Shown here: piece after piece, positions 10,405-20,373 of the stretch | How positions within the stretch are numbered: position 1 is the stretch's first letter | How the letters are laid out: every line of letters begins with the position of its first letter | DNA from: Micavibrio sp. | GTDB taxonomy: Bacteria > Pseudomonadota > Alphaproteobacteria > Micavibrionales > CSBR16-224 | Direction of reading: 5' to 3' | Assembly (NCBI GenBank): GCA_027047045.1 | Contig: JALTWL010000280.1 | Coordinates: 1 to 36,352 of the forward strand | Length of the DNA: 36,352 bases | The notes under the pieces: generated by a model | Told to the model about the DNA's origin: nothing | Databases searched by the model: none | The model's input: the letters and a program-made list of their open reading frames with translations, nothing else | Program-made: the position numbers and the translations under genes

Positions 10405-11490
10405 TTATCTTAATTTTAATGTAGCAAGCCCAACAAGCGCAAGTATAATAGCAATAATCCAAAATCTAATTACAATTGTTGGTTCTGCCCAGCCTTTTTT
10501 TTCAAAGTGATGGTGCAAAGGTGCCATACGAAATATACGTTTCCCAGTTAGTTTAAAAGAGGCAACCTGTACAATTACAGATATAGTTTCAAGTACAAAA
10601 AGCCCACCAATAATTGCAAGTACAATTTCATGTTTTGTTGCAACAGCTAACGCCCCCAAAGCGCCACCTGCGGCAAGCGAGCCTGTATCCCCCATAAATA
10701 CCATAGCAGGTGGAGCATTAAACCATAAAAAACCAAGCCCAGCCCCAATTAAAGCCCCACAAAAAATAGCAAGCTCCCCTGCCCCTGCAACATAATTTAG
10801 CTGTAGATAATTTGCAAATACAATATGCCCAACCAGATATGAAATAATACCAAAACAAGTAGCCGCAATCATAACAGGACCAATAGCAAGCCCATCAAGT
10901 CCGTCTGTTAAATTAACAGAATTAGCAGTTCCAACAATTACAAAAATTGCAAATGGAACAAAAAACCAGCCTAAATTTATCAAAATATCTTTAAAAAAAG
11001 GAATAGCAAGTCCCATATCAAGCGGAGAGCTAGTATTATACAAAAATATAGCAATACCAATGGTGGCAACCCCTGCCTCTAAGACTAGGCGTAATTTACC
11101 AGACAGCCCCTTATGACTACCGCCCAGTAATTTATAATAATCATCAACAAAACCAATAAGTCCAAAACCCAAAAAGCAAATTACAACCACCCATATATAA
11201 GGATTTGTAATATCACTCCAAAGTAAGGTAGATAAGGTAACAGAAAATAAAATCATCAACCCCCCCATAGTGGGAGTTCCTTGTTTTTTAAAATGAGTTT
11301 CCGGCCCATCTTCCCGAATTGGCTGGCCACGTCCTTGTTTTTTCTTTAACCATTTAATAACATAAGGTCCAATTATAAAACTAATAATAAGCGCCGTCAT
11401 TAACGCCCCACCCGTACGAAATGTTATATATCTAAAGATATTAAAAAATAAAGTTTCATCTGCGTAAGGTGCAAGCAGATTATACAGCAT
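10405..11490 (-). CDS. mraY: Phospho-N-acetylmuramoyl-pentapeptide transferase
   Basis: [58 protein letters not shown]. Confidence 0.95.
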   Translation of the reverse strand: MLYNLLAPYADETLFFNIFRYITFRTGGALMTALIISFIIGPYVIKWLKKKQGRGQPIREDGPETHFKKQGTPTMGGLMILFSVTLSTLLWSDITNPYIWVVVICFLGFGLIGFVDDYYKLLGGSHKGLSGKLRLVLEAGVATIGIAIFLYNTSSPLDMGLAIPFFKDILINLGWFFVPFAIFVIVGTANSVNLTDGLDGLAIGPVMIAATCFGIISYLVGHIVFANYLQLNYVAGAGELAIFCGALIGAGLGFLWFNAPPAMVFMGDTGSLAAGGALGALAVATKHEIVLAIIGGLFVLETISVIVQVASFKLTGKRIFRMAPLHHHFEKKGWAEPTIVIRFWIIAIILALVGLATLKLR

Positions 11491-12958
11491 AATTATGTTC
11501 CTCTATATTTTTTTTACGACAACGGCAATTCATATCCCAAAGAGCCTGCACAACATACGCCATACGGCTACCAAGCGAGCCTTTTATTAAGATAACATCA
11601 CCAGACCTAACATTACTGATAAGAGCCATTGCCAATTTTCTGCTATCATCAGCATAAGCACCTTGCCAAGCAGGCGGTATTATATTGTAAAGAGCCTCCA
11701 TCAAAGGACCACAGGCAAAAACCATATCTGCCTTAGCTTTTAAAATTAGATTTGCAAGGTCAATGTGTAATTTTGGACCTTCCGCCCCTAGCTCTAACAT
11801 ATCTCCAAAAACAACAATACGGCGACCCTTGCCTTTTGGTTCTGTCATTTCCAGTACTTTCAAAGCGGCCTTCATAGATACAGGGCTTGCATTGTAACTT
11901 TCATCTATGACTGTAATTGGTAAATCTTCCCCTTCTAAGTAAACAAATAGGTTATTACCGCGTCCCTCCACAGGGGATATTTGTTTTAAACTTTTAATGA
12001 CCTTGCCAATATCAAGTTTTAAAATTTCCGTAATCAATAAAATAGCAAGAGAATTTATAACAAAATGTTTACCAGGAACAGAAAGTTTATATCTGTGTTT
12101 TTTCCCAAATAGCTTAACCGTTACCCGACTGCTATCAGAAAGCAAAGTACAATCCTTTAGCTTGGCATCAATTTTACCGGTTTCACCAAATTTATATATT
12201 TTTGTAATGGCTCTTTCTTCTGCAATTTTTTCTATGATGCGAGTATATGGATTATCAGCATTTAAAATTGCAACTCCGCCATTTGTTATTTTATCTGACA
12301 TATGCAAAAATATTTCTGACTTAGCTTTAGCTATTTCCTCAACCGAAGAAAAATTACCAATATGGGCAGGCTCTATTGTTGTAATCAGAGCAATGTCTGG
12401 TCTTACCATTTTTGTCAATTCTGCCATTTCACCTATATGGTTAATTCCCATTTCAATTACAGCAAAATCTGCATCTTGAGGAAGATTTGCAAGTGTTAGA
12501 GGTACCCCCCAATGGTTATTAAAGCTACGTTCATTTGCATGACATTTACCATGGGCTTTTAAAATAGTTGCCAAAAATTCTTTTGTACTGGTTTTGCCGA
12601 CCGAGCCTGTAATACCGATTATAGTTGCCTTTGTTCTTGCGCGGGCAAATACTGCTAAATCTTCAAGTGCTTTTTGAGTATCATTTGTAATTATTAAATT
12701 CTTATCCTTAAAAAAACTGTCAGCGCTACCAGTTTTCCCCCACCAATTTTTGCTAATAATGGCGCAACTAGCGCCTGTATCAAAGGCTTGTTTTAAAAAG
12801 TCATGCCCATCATTATTAGGACCAACCAAAGCAATAAATAAAGAGTCTTTTTTTACATTTCTACTGTCATGAGTGATATATTCAATATTAGCGTTATCAC
12901 CATTTTGCTGTTTTTCGCCAGCTGTTGCCTTCACCGCGTCGTCTAATGTCCAAAGCAT
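11480..12958 (-). CDS. murF: UDP-MurNAc-tripeptide--D-alanyl-D-alanine ligase
   Basis: [14 protein letters not shown]-loop, [34 protein letters not shown]. Confidence 0.9.
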   Translation of the reverse strand: MLWTLDDAVKATAGEKQQNGDNANIEYITHDSRNVKKDSLFIALVGPNNDGHDFLKQAFDTGASCAIISKNWWGKTGSADSFFKDKNLIITNDTQKALEDLAVFARARTKATIIGITGSVGKTSTKEFLATILKAHGKCHANERSFNNHWGVPLTLANLPQDADFAVIEMGINHIGEMAELTKMVRPDIALITTIEPAHIGNFSSVEEIAKAKSEIFLHMSDKITNGGVAILNADNPYTRIIEKIAEERAITKIYKFGETGKIDAKLKDCTLLSDSSRVTVKLFGKKHRYKLSVPGKHFVINSLAILLITEILKLDIGKVIKSLKQISPVEGRGNNLFVYLEGEDLPITVIDESYNASPVSMKAALKVLEMTEPKGKGRRIVVFGDMLELGAEGPKLHIDLANLILKAKADMVFACGPLMEALYNIIPPAWQGAYADDSRKLAMALISNVRSGDVILIKGSLGSRMAYVVQALWDMNCRCRKKNIEEHNYAV

Positions 12959-12982
12959 ATTTTTTTAATCTACCCAAATTAT

Positions 12983-14482
12983 TTAAATTTTCACATTAGT
13001 GCCAGTTTCTAGCATAAAAAGGCTATCAATGGCAACAGTTGCATCATCAAAAGGTAAAATTTTATTACCTATTTTTTGTCCTTGTTCGTGTCCTTTACCT
13101 GTAATTACAAATATATCACCATTTTGTAGCATATTTATCCCATATTCAATCGCCTCTTTTCTGTTACCGATATTTTTTGCATTTGGGCAGTTTTTTATTA
13201 TTTCTTCACGTATTTTATCGGGATTTTCACTTCTTGGGTTATCATCGCTAACTATTGTTATATGGGCATATTTTGCAGCTATTTCTCCCATTTTGGGACG
13301 TTTTTTTGCATCCCTGTCCCCACCACAACCAATCAAAGCAATTAGGCGACCACTTGTATGAGGCATAAGCGCTTTTAAGACTTGCTCTAAAGCATCAGGA
13401 GTATGAGCAAAATCAACATAAACAGCAGCGCTACTATTTGCGGCTGTGCCAATAAATTCCATACGACCACGAATAGGGCTAAGAGTTTGTAGCATAGATA
13501 ATACTCGCTCAGCATTTATGGATTTTTCTGCCAAAATAAGCCCCGCAGCACAAAGCGCATTGCTTAGTTGAAATTCACCAACAAAAGGAAAAAAGAAATC
13601 ATAAGCTAAGCCATTATATTCCAATTTAACCTGCTGTCCTGTGGGCAGGGGTTTTCTTTCTTTTACACTAAGACTGGCCTTTTTACCCCTTGTGCTATAA
13701 GATATAATTTTTCTACCCGCACATAGTCCTTTTATTCGTTCATATTCTTTTATATCTGCGTTAATTACAGCAATAGCTGTTGGGGGAAGTATTTCTGTAA
13801 ATAATCTCATTTTTGCTTGAAAATATTCTTCCATATCTTTGTGGTAATCTAAATGATCGTGGGACAGGTTAGTAAAGGCGGCTGCTTGTAATTTAACCCC
13901 ATGCAGGCGATATTGGTCTAACCCATGACTTGATGCTTCTAAAACAAGCGCTTTACAATTTTTACTTGCCAAATATTTTAGGTTTTTATGTAGAGAAATT
14001 GTATCTGGTGTTGTTACGTCCCCTTGTTTTGTTATTCCAACTGTGGGGGCATCTATCCCCAAAGTTCCAAGACTTGCCGCGGGTCTTTCTAACTGTTCCC
14101 ATATTTGTCGGCAAAATTGGGCAACTGAAGTTTTACCGTTAGTACCAGTTACAGCAATAATTCTATCTGGCTGTGGGGCAAAAAATATGGCCGCTATTTT
14201 ACTTAGCAATAATCTTGGACTGTCTGACCTTATATATGATACTTCTTTTTGTCTTATATTATTTGATTTATGCGTTAAAATACAATTTGCTCCAAGCTGA
14301 ATTGCATTGTCTATAAAATTAAAACCATCAAATTTTTCTCCTTTAAGGGCAGCAAATAGATAGCCATTTTTTATATTTTTTGAATTTAGCTCAATGCCTT
14401 TAACTTCCAAATTATCCTCAGTGAGCCTATAATCAAAGACAAGTTCTTTTGGCAGCTTTTCTAAAATCTCTTTTAATTTCAT
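12983..14482 (-). CDS. murE: UDP-MurNAc-L-Ala-D-Glu--2,6-diaminopimelate ligase
   Basis: VTGTNGKTS P-loop, LEASSHGLDQYR, FTNLSHDHLDYH, GCGGDRDAKKRPKMG. The DDNPRSE motif is the DNPR signature associated with meso-DAP-adding MurE. Confidence 0.92.
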   Translation of the reverse strand: MKLKEILEKLPKELVFDYRLTEDNLEVKGIELNSKNIKNGYLFAALKGEKFDGFNFIDNAIQLGANCILTHKSNNIRQKEVSYIRSDSPRLLLSKIAAIFFAPQPDRIIAVTGTNGKTSVAQFCRQIWEQLERPAASLGTLGIDAPTVGITKQGDVTTPDTISLHKNLKYLASKNCKALVLEASSHGLDQYRLHGVKLQAAAFTNLSHDHLDYHKDMEEYFQAKMRLFTEILPPTAIAVINADIKEYERIKGLCAGRKIISYSTRGKKASLSVKERKPLPTGQQVKLEYNGLAYDFFFPFVGEFQLSNALCAAGLILAEKSINAERVLSMLQTLSPIRGRMEFIGTAANSSAAVYVDFAHTPDALEQVLKALMPHTSGRLIALIGCGGDRDAKKRPKMGEIAAKYAHITIVSDDNPRSENPDKIREEIIKNCPNAKNIGNRKEAIEYGINMLQNGDIFVITGKGHEQGQKIGNKILPFDDATVAIDSLFMLETGTNVKI

Positions 14483-16129
14483 TTACTCAACCCCCCTTGG
14501 AGATAGCCCCATGAGCGGTGCTATCTTACTAATAATGCGACCAGCAGTAGGAGCAGCAGTCCAGCCACCAGTAGCAAAATTATAAGTATCCTTTTGACCT
14601 TTTGGCTCGTCAATAGTAATCAATACAATATATTTAGGATTATATATAGGAAACACAGCTAAAAATGAAGAAAATAAAGTTTTTTCATCATATTTTTTAT
14701 TACCAGTTTTAATTTTTTCAGAAGTACCAGTTTTACCACCAACATCATATCCTAAAACAAAGGCTTTTTTACCTGTGCCTTTTTTTTCATTTACTACCTT
14801 TCTTAAAAACTCAGACATTATTTTTGACGTTCTTTTTGAAACTATAATTTTTTCTTTTGGATTTTCTGTTGTTTTTTTGTTCTTTTTTAAAATTATATGA
14901 GGTTTTATTTCTTTGCCACCATTAACAATTATGGCAGCCGCAGTTACCAAATGCAAAGGAGTAACAGCAATTCCATGCCCATAAGCAGCAGTAATTGTAT
15001 TTACATCACGCCATTTTTTGGGTAAAAGAGGGCGCGTTTTTTCAGGTAAATCTATTCGTAGAGGAGAAAAAAGTCCTAATTTTTGGTAAAATTCTTTTAG
15101 CTTTTCAGTACCTAACTTTTCAGCAACAAGAGCAGTTCCTATATTAGATGAATGAGTAAACACCTCAGATAGGCTAAGTGGTTTTTTTTCTTTGTGAAAA
15201 TCCTTAATAGTATAAGAGTTAATCTTAAAATCTTGGCTAACGTCAAATTTATCATCTTTTTTAACCACGCCATATTCAAGTGCGGCGGCAATTGAAAATA
15301 TTTTAAAGGTTGAACCCATTTCATAAACCCCCATACTATTGCGATTAAAAAGAGTATCATCACTAGCCGCTTGCGGGTTATGAGGGTCAAAATCAGGCAA
15401 GGATACCATAGCCAGAATTTCCCCACTATTTATATCCATTACAATGCCAGAACCTCCAATAGCTTCAAAATGATCAATTGTTTTTTGCACTTCATATCTC
15501 ACTATATGTTGTATTCTTGCATCAATGGTTAAGGTTACATTTTTCTCATTTAATAATTCTTCGTTAAATTTTTTTTCAATTCCAGAAATACCTATTCCAT
15601 CAATATCAGTATAGCCAACAATATGGGATAGCAGGTTTTTTTCTGGATAAATACGTCTAAAAGATTTTTTAAATCCTAAACTTGGATAGCCAAAATCATT
15701 TATTATTTGCTGTTGCTTTGGAGTAAGTCCATGATAAATTGCTACATATCTTCCACCTTTTTGTATTTTTTTTATAATTTTTTCCTTATTGATAGGTATG
15801 ACTCTGCTCAATTTATCAATTATTTCCTTAGGAGATACAGCAATCTTAGGGTCAATATATAAGATTGGCATTTTTAGGCTAGTTGCAACTATTGCGCCGT
15901 TTCTATCAGTAATTTCCGCTCTTGGTGCGTAGCTACTAGGGCTGTTATTTACAAAAGATTTATTTTTAATATTGCTACCAATTAGGCTAAGGCTGGTTAC
16001 TCTCAGGGCAACGATTAAAAAAGCTGTAATTACTATCCCAAGTAATATTAAAGACCTAAAATGTGCTTTTGAATAACTAAGTGCTAGCCAATTTTTTGAA
16101 GTTGAAATATGGTTTTGAATATCAATCAT
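14483..16129 (-). CDS. ftsI: Penicillin-binding protein 3 / FtsI transpeptidase
   Basis: N-terminal TM anchor plus the three class B PBP motifs: SxxK (GSTFK), SxN (HSSNIG) and KTG (GGKTGTS). Sits between ftsL and murE. Confidence 0.9.
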   Translation of the reverse strand: MIDIQNHISTSKNWLALSYSKAHFRSLILLGIVITAFLIVALRVTSLSLIGSNIKNKSFVNNSPSSYAPRAEITDRNGAIVATSLKMPILYIDPKIAVSPKEIIDKLSRVIPINKEKIIKKIQKGGRYVAIYHGLTPKQQQIINDFGYPSLGFKKSFRRIYPEKNLLSHIVGYTDIDGIGISGIEKKFNEELLNEKNVTLTIDARIQHIVRYEVQKTIDHFEAIGGSGIVMDINSGEILAMVSLPDFDPHNPQAASDDTLFNRNSMGVYEMGSTFKIFSIAAALEYGVVKKDDKFDVSQDFKINSYTIKDFHKEKKPLSLSEVFTHSSNIGTALVAEKLGTEKLKEFYQKLGLFSPLRIDLPEKTRPLLPKKWRDVNTITAAYGHGIAVTPLHLVTAAAIIVNGGKEIKPHIILKKNKKTTENPKEKIIVSKRTSKIMSEFLRKVVNEKKGTGKKAFVLGYDVGGKTGTSEKIKTGNKKYDEKTLFSSFLAVFPIYNPKYIVLITIDEPKGQKDTYNFATGGWTAAPTAGRIISKIAPLMGLSPRGVE

Positions 16130-16132
16130 CGC

Positions 16133-16609
16133 TTAGTTTTTATTTAACACTATACTAGTTTTATCCTCTATAAGTGTTTTTTTTATTAAATCTTCTATAG
16201 TGATAATGGGTGGAGTGGATTTTTTTACCTGTTTTTCATTAAATTTAGCTTTAGATTTTGTATTTGCTTTTATTATTTTATTTTGCTCTTTTTTCTTGGA
16301 TTTTTCAACATTTGGGGTGAATTTTTTGTCAATTTTAGATACGTCAGATATTATTTGTATAGATTTTGGCGCTTTTAATTCTGGCAGATATTTTTTGCTT
16401 AATATCTCTATTCTCTCAGCGGAGCTAAGAGCGTAAAATTCTGCTCTTAAAACAGCAATATCATGCTTCCTTTTTTCTATTTTGCTTTCAAGATTATTGA
16501 TATTTTTATTAAGTAAATGCACATCTCCGCTAATCGCGTAAAGAGCAAAACCAACCACAAGGGTAAGTAGTAAAAGCGCGTAAGTGTAAATTTTAAGATT
16601 CATAGTCAA
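16133..16609 (-). CDS. ftsL: FtsL-like cell division protein (bitopic, coiled coil)
   Basis: TM helix IYTYALLLLTLVVGFALYAI followed by a heptad-like region NINNLESKIEKRKHDIAVLRAEFYALSSAERIE. Lies immediately upstream of ftsI. Sequence conservation in this family is weak, so the call rests mainly on position and architecture. Confidence 0.55.
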   Translation of the reverse strand: MTMNLKIYTYALLLLTLVVGFALYAISGDVHLLNKNINNLESKIEKRKHDIAVLRAEFYALSSAERIEILSKKYLPELKAPKSIQIISDVSKIDKKFTPNVEKSKKKEQNKIIKANTKSKAKFNEKQVKKSTPPIITIEDLIKKTLIEDKTSIVLNKN

Positions 16610-16689
16610 ACTACTTTTTAAGAAAAAAACACCGAAGTATATTGTAACACTAACTTCACAAATTTGGTACGAATATATTTAAGAAAAAT

Positions 16690-17925
16690 TTATAATTTAG
16701 GTGGTTGCCAATTTTCTATAAATTCAAATATTTCATTTAAAGATTGTGGTTTTGCAAACCAAAAGCCTTGACATTTTTCACAGCCCATATTCCTTAAAGC
16801 TTGAGCTTCTTTTTTATCCTCTATCCCTTCTGCTATTAGTCGCATATTTAAATTTTTAGCAAGAAAAATAATAGATTTAACCAACTGATAGCTATTTTCT
16901 TGAGCAAGCATTGAACGAATAAAGCTTTGGTCAATTTTTAAAGTGGTAATTGGAAAAAAGTGCAAATAGCTAAGACTGGAATATCCCGTACCAAAATCAT
17001 CAATTGATACTTTAATGCCTAAATCATGGCATTTTTCTAGACCATCTTTTGCAAGCTCTGGCTGCTCTACAAGCAAGCTTTCTGTAATTTCTAAATGGAT
17101 ATTTTCTGCCTTAGTATTATTTTTAGTTATAATATTTTTTACTTGTGAGAAAAAATCTTTATCAGAAAAATCAAATACAGAAAAATTAACACTAATAAAT
17201 AAAGGCTTATTTGTAACGCAACTGTTAGGATTTATGTTTTTATTGATTTTATTGATAGCAATACAGGCCTCATTTAAGGCCCATCTTGAAATTTCAACAA
17301 TAAGCCCGCTTTCTTCTGCAACAGGAATAAATATACCTGGAGATATCATACCTTTTTGAGGGTGAAACCATCTAGCTAAAGCCTCAAAACCTGCGATTTT
17401 TCCACTAGTTAAGTCTATAATTGGTTGATAGAATAATTCTAGTTCGGAATTTTTCAAAGCCTCTTTCAGTTCATTGTAAACTTTAAGAGTATTAACTGCG
17501 ACATCAGTTACAGAATCAGACTTTTCTATTTCTTCGGCCTTAATAAAACTAGGCGGTGGATTTTTAACCATTAACTTAGAGCGACTAAGCATATCCCTAT
17601 ATCTAGTTAGAATTACTTTCATTACCATTCTAAGTATGGGGTCAGTTGCGTCTATTCTTCTGGAAAAATCCTCTCTTGATACTTCTAACACTTCACAATC
17701 TTCAATTGCTCTGACCGATGCGGTTCTGGGCTGGTCATCTATCATTGCCATTTCCCCAATAATAGAGCCTTCACCTCTAGTGCCAATTTGAATAAACTGT
17801 CCTTCACGGGCAACCAATATCTCAACAGAGCCTCTTTCTATTATATAGGCGCTATCCCCCTTTTCACCCTCACTAATTAAAAAATCACCTTTTTTAAATT
17901 TTCTTTTTTCTGTAATAGAGCTCAT
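16690..17925 (-). CDS. Cyclic-nucleotide-binding domain / EAL-domain c-di-GMP phosphodiesterase
   Basis: N-terminal Crp-type cNMP-binding fold (FKKGDFLISEGEKGDSAYIIERGSVEI..GEGSIIGEMAMIDDQPRTASVRA). C-terminal EAL domain with the catalytic set apparently intact: YQPI, FEALARW, SVNFS, LEITES, DDFGTGYSSLSYL, LKIDQSF, IAEGIED, QGFWFAKP. No GGDEF domain. Confidence 0.85.
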   Translation of the reverse strand: MSSITEKRKFKKGDFLISEGEKGDSAYIIERGSVEILVAREGQFIQIGTRGEGSIIGEMAMIDDQPRTASVRAIEDCEVLEVSREDFSRRIDATDPILRMVMKVILTRYRDMLSRSKLMVKNPPPSFIKAEEIEKSDSVTDVAVNTLKVYNELKEALKNSELELFYQPIIDLTSGKIAGFEALARWFHPQKGMISPGIFIPVAEESGLIVEISRWALNEACIAINKINKNINPNSCVTNKPLFISVNFSVFDFSDKDFFSQVKNIITKNNTKAENIHLEITESLLVEQPELAKDGLEKCHDLGIKVSIDDFGTGYSSLSYLHFFPITTLKIDQSFIRSMLAQENSYQLVKSIIFLAKNLNMRLIAEGIEDKKEAQALRNMGCEKCQGFWFAKPQSLNEIFEFIENWQPPKL

Positions 17926-18093
17926 TATTTTACTTCATCTAATCTGTGAATAATTGTCTACCTAAGTGATTATCCTACAACAAAGTTAAATAAATAATAA
18001 TGTTTTTTTAATTATAGATAGATTTTTTAGTAAAATATATTTACTGTATTTATAGTTGAACAGTGTTTAGTAATTTAACTATTGTTTTAATAT

Positions 18094-18492
18094 ATGACTT
18101 ATACTGGAATTATAATTTTATATATAGTATTTAGATTAAAACAGCTAATATGTGATTTTTTTCTACAAAATACTTATATGGTTACGCATAAACATATGCC
18201 TTGGCTTGAAGGTGGGGGGCGGGCTCTTTTTGCGCATGCGGGAATTCATGCAATGTTCACTTTGGCTATAATAATGTTTTATGCTGCTTCTCTTTGGTGG
18301 TTGGCTATTGTTGATTTTTTTGTACATACAGTAATTGACCGCTTAAAAGCCGTTATTACTTATAAAAAAGGCTGGAAACACAAAAATAATGCTTTTTGGT
18401 GGATTTTTGGTATTGATCAAGAAGCGCATAATTTTACCCACCTCATCTATATAATAATAATACTTAAGTATTTAGGAGTTTTTTCCTCTTAA
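18094..18492 (+). CDS. Small polytopic membrane protein, DUF3307-like
   Basis: Hydrophobic 132-aa protein with His-rich motifs that I recall as DUF3307-like: LICDFFLQ, LFAHAGIHA, VDFFVHTVIDR, DQEAHNFTHL. The family assignment is from memory and unverified. Confidence 0.4.
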   Translation: MTYTGIIILYIVFRLKQLICDFFLQNTYMVTHKHMPWLEGGGRALFAHAGIHAMFTLAIIMFYAASLWWLAIVDFFVHTVIDRLKAVITYKKGWKHKNNAFWWIFGIDQEAHNFTHLIYIIIILKYLGVFSS

Positions 18493-18595
18493 GAATACAT
18501 TTTACATAATCATAAACTATTTATAAACCTTTGTATAGGTATAATACAACTTAAAGTAAAAAAAATATAAAAAATAAACTTTAAGGGGTATTGGA

Positions 18596-19795
18596 ATGAT
18601 TCGTGAAAATAATCAAAAAGAAAAAAAGCTAGATGTTTCAAAAAATTGTCTAGAAATAAATAAAGAAAATCTTGTTAGTAGTTTTGAAACTCTAGGATAT
18701 TTCGCAGGTGGCATAGCACACGATTTTAACAATATCTTATCAATTATAGAAGGTTATACAGAAATTGCCATTAAACGGCTTAAAATGGGTGAGTTGCAAG
18801 AAAATCACTTAAATAAACTCTTAACCGCAACAGAAAGAGGCGCTGGAATAACCCGACAGTTACTTGCTTTTGGAAAGCAAAAAATTTACTTAGATAAAAT
18901 AATAGATGTCGTTGCTGTTATAAAAGAACAAGAACATATACTGAAAATGATACTAGGAGGCTGCATCAAATTTCAAATAAACTGTCCAAATACCCCGATT
19001 TATATAGTTGGTTGCGAGGATAATATAATACAAATTATTACTAATTTAGCTGTAAATGCCCGCGATGCTATGGACTATAAGGGTGATTTTTCTATAAATA
19101 TATCAGAGTTAAAAGATAAAAAAATGGTGCAAATAAAGCTACAAGACAACGGTTGTGGTATAAAAGGTGAAATAAAAGAGCAAATATTTCAACCATTTTT
19201 TACAACCAAAAAAAGCGGACAAGGTACAGGGCTTGGACTTTCTTTTGTGTATGGCTTAGTAGAACAGATGGGAGGAAATATTAAAGTTTGTTCTTGTGAA
19301 GGAGTAGGCTCTGTTTTTGAAATACTGCTACCCCTTAGTGATAAAAAACCTGAGCTAGCTACTAGTAGCAATGCTGAAAATGTATCTATACTACCCACAG
19401 ACAGCCTACGCAATAAAACAATAGTTGTCGCAGAAGATGAAGCCGACCTTAGAATTGTTTTAAAAGATATGCTCAGCTCCATGAAAATGAAGGTTCTTTG
19501 TGCTAATAACGGTAATGAGGCTTTGCTTTTACAAGATGACTTTGAAGACCATATAGATTTTTTACTAACAGATGTTGTAATGCCAGAAATGCATGGTGCA
19601 CATTTAGCGGAAATGTTTAAATCTTTGCGACCTGATACACATATAGTTTTTATGAGCGGTTATCCAGCCTTTGGTTACGAAGATAAAATAAATTTACCAA
19701 AAGATGCAATATTGCTGTCAAAGCCTCTTAAAGAGGAAAAATTGTCAAAGATATTATTACAATGTTTAAAAGGAGCTAAAAGACAAGTGTGTTAA
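18596..19795 (+). CDS. Hybrid sensor histidine kinase (HisKA-HATPase-REC) lacking any recognisable sensor or TM domain
   Basis: AAGGGG SD 7 nt upstream. H-box GGIAHDFNNILSII about 40 aa from the N-terminus. N-box NLAVNARDAM, G1 DNGCGI, F-box FQPFFTTK, G2 GTGLGLS. Receiver domain IVVAEDEADL..FLLTDVVMPEMHG..LSKP. Confidence 0.85.
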   Translation: MIRENNQKEKKLDVSKNCLEINKENLVSSFETLGYFAGGIAHDFNNILSIIEGYTEIAIKRLKMGELQENHLNKLLTATERGAGITRQLLAFGKQKIYLDKIIDVVAVIKEQEHILKMILGGCIKFQINCPNTPIYIVGCEDNIIQIITNLAVNARDAMDYKGDFSINISELKDKKMVQIKLQDNGCGIKGEIKEQIFQPFFTTKKSGQGTGLGLSFVYGLVEQMGGNIKVCSCEGVGSVFEILLPLSDKKPELATSSNAENVSILPTDSLRNKTIVVAEDEADLRIVLKDMLSSMKMKVLCANNGNEALLLQDDFEDHIDFLLTDVVMPEMHGAHLAEMFKSLRPDTHIVFMSGYPAFGYEDKINLPKDAILLSKPLKEEKLSKILLQCLKGAKRQVC

Positions 19796-19831
19796 ATCAA
19801 TTTACTAAATAAAATTAAGGAGGGTTATATT

Positions 19832-20293
19832 ATGGTTATGGTTCAAAGAACTTCTATTTCCAGCAACAATAAAGCTAGTTGGTCGCCTTTGGGGGGAATG
19901 GCTGACCTAAGTGCTATTCGGGTGCTTGTAATAGAAGATCAAGATGAAGCAAAAAGTATGATGAAACAAATGCTAATTGAAATAGGAATAAGCCAAATTT
20001 ATGAGGCTTGTAACGGACGGGAAGGTTTGAGCTTTTTAGACATAGCAGATGATATGATAGATATGATTATCTCTGATTGGAATATGCCGTCCATGAGTGG
20101 TTTGGCACTACTTAGGCAGTTAAAATCTGTTGGCAGCGACTTACCTTTTATGATGGTAACTGGTAGAGGGGACAAAAGCTCTGTCATTGATGCAAAGGTA
20201 GCAGGAGTTGCTGGATATATATTAAAACCATTTTCTATGACCCAGCTAGAGGCAAAACTTAGAATAATATGTACGCGCTATGATATAATTTAA
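19832..20293 (+). CDS. Single-domain CheY-like response regulator
   Basis: AAGGAGG SD upstream. REC motifs VLVIEDQDE, MIISDWNMPSMSG (phospho-acceptor Asp), FMMVTGR, YILKPF. No output domain. Confidence 0.85.
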   Translation: MVMVQRTSISSNNKASWSPLGGMADLSAIRVLVIEDQDEAKSMMKQMLIEIGISQIYEACNGREGLSFLDIADDMIDMIISDWNMPSMSGLALLRQLKSVGSDLPFMMVTGRGDKSSVIDAKVAGVAGYILKPFSMTQLEAKLRIICTRYDII

Positions 20294-20373
20294 TTTATAA
20301 AAATATAGACGTAAAACTTGCTTTCTTTTAAGATAAGCATAGCTTAAAGACAGTTTTTTACTTTGGACATGCT

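Noticed and set aside
1433-16436. Numerous 60-160-aa ORFs opposite the dcw genes, e.g. 1433-1864, 2655-2852, 3244-3634, 4011-4552, 4901-5447, 6213-6419, 6379-6579, 6979-7446, 8051-8302, 9875-10096, 11997-12479, 12999-13361, 13930-14300, 15139-15426 and 16200-16436.
   Set aside because: All are embedded in, or antisense to, strongly supported conserved genes. Their translations are Leu/Ile/Phe/Ser-rich with no recognisable domains and no SD context.
18540-18545. Isolated consensus TATAAT hexamers: 18540-18545 upstream of the kinase gene, and 36023-36018 on the minus strand upstream of the usher-like gene.
   Set aside because: No acceptable -35 element lies at 16-18 bp spacing, and TATAAT is frequent by chance in AT-rich intergenic DNA. 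This is not enough to call promoters.
20294-20373. Small hairpin TAAGC-ATA-GCTTA followed at a distance by a T-run, lying after the CheY-like gene.
   Set aside because: The stem is only 5 bp and the T-run starts about 8 nt downstream. That is too weak to call a terminator.
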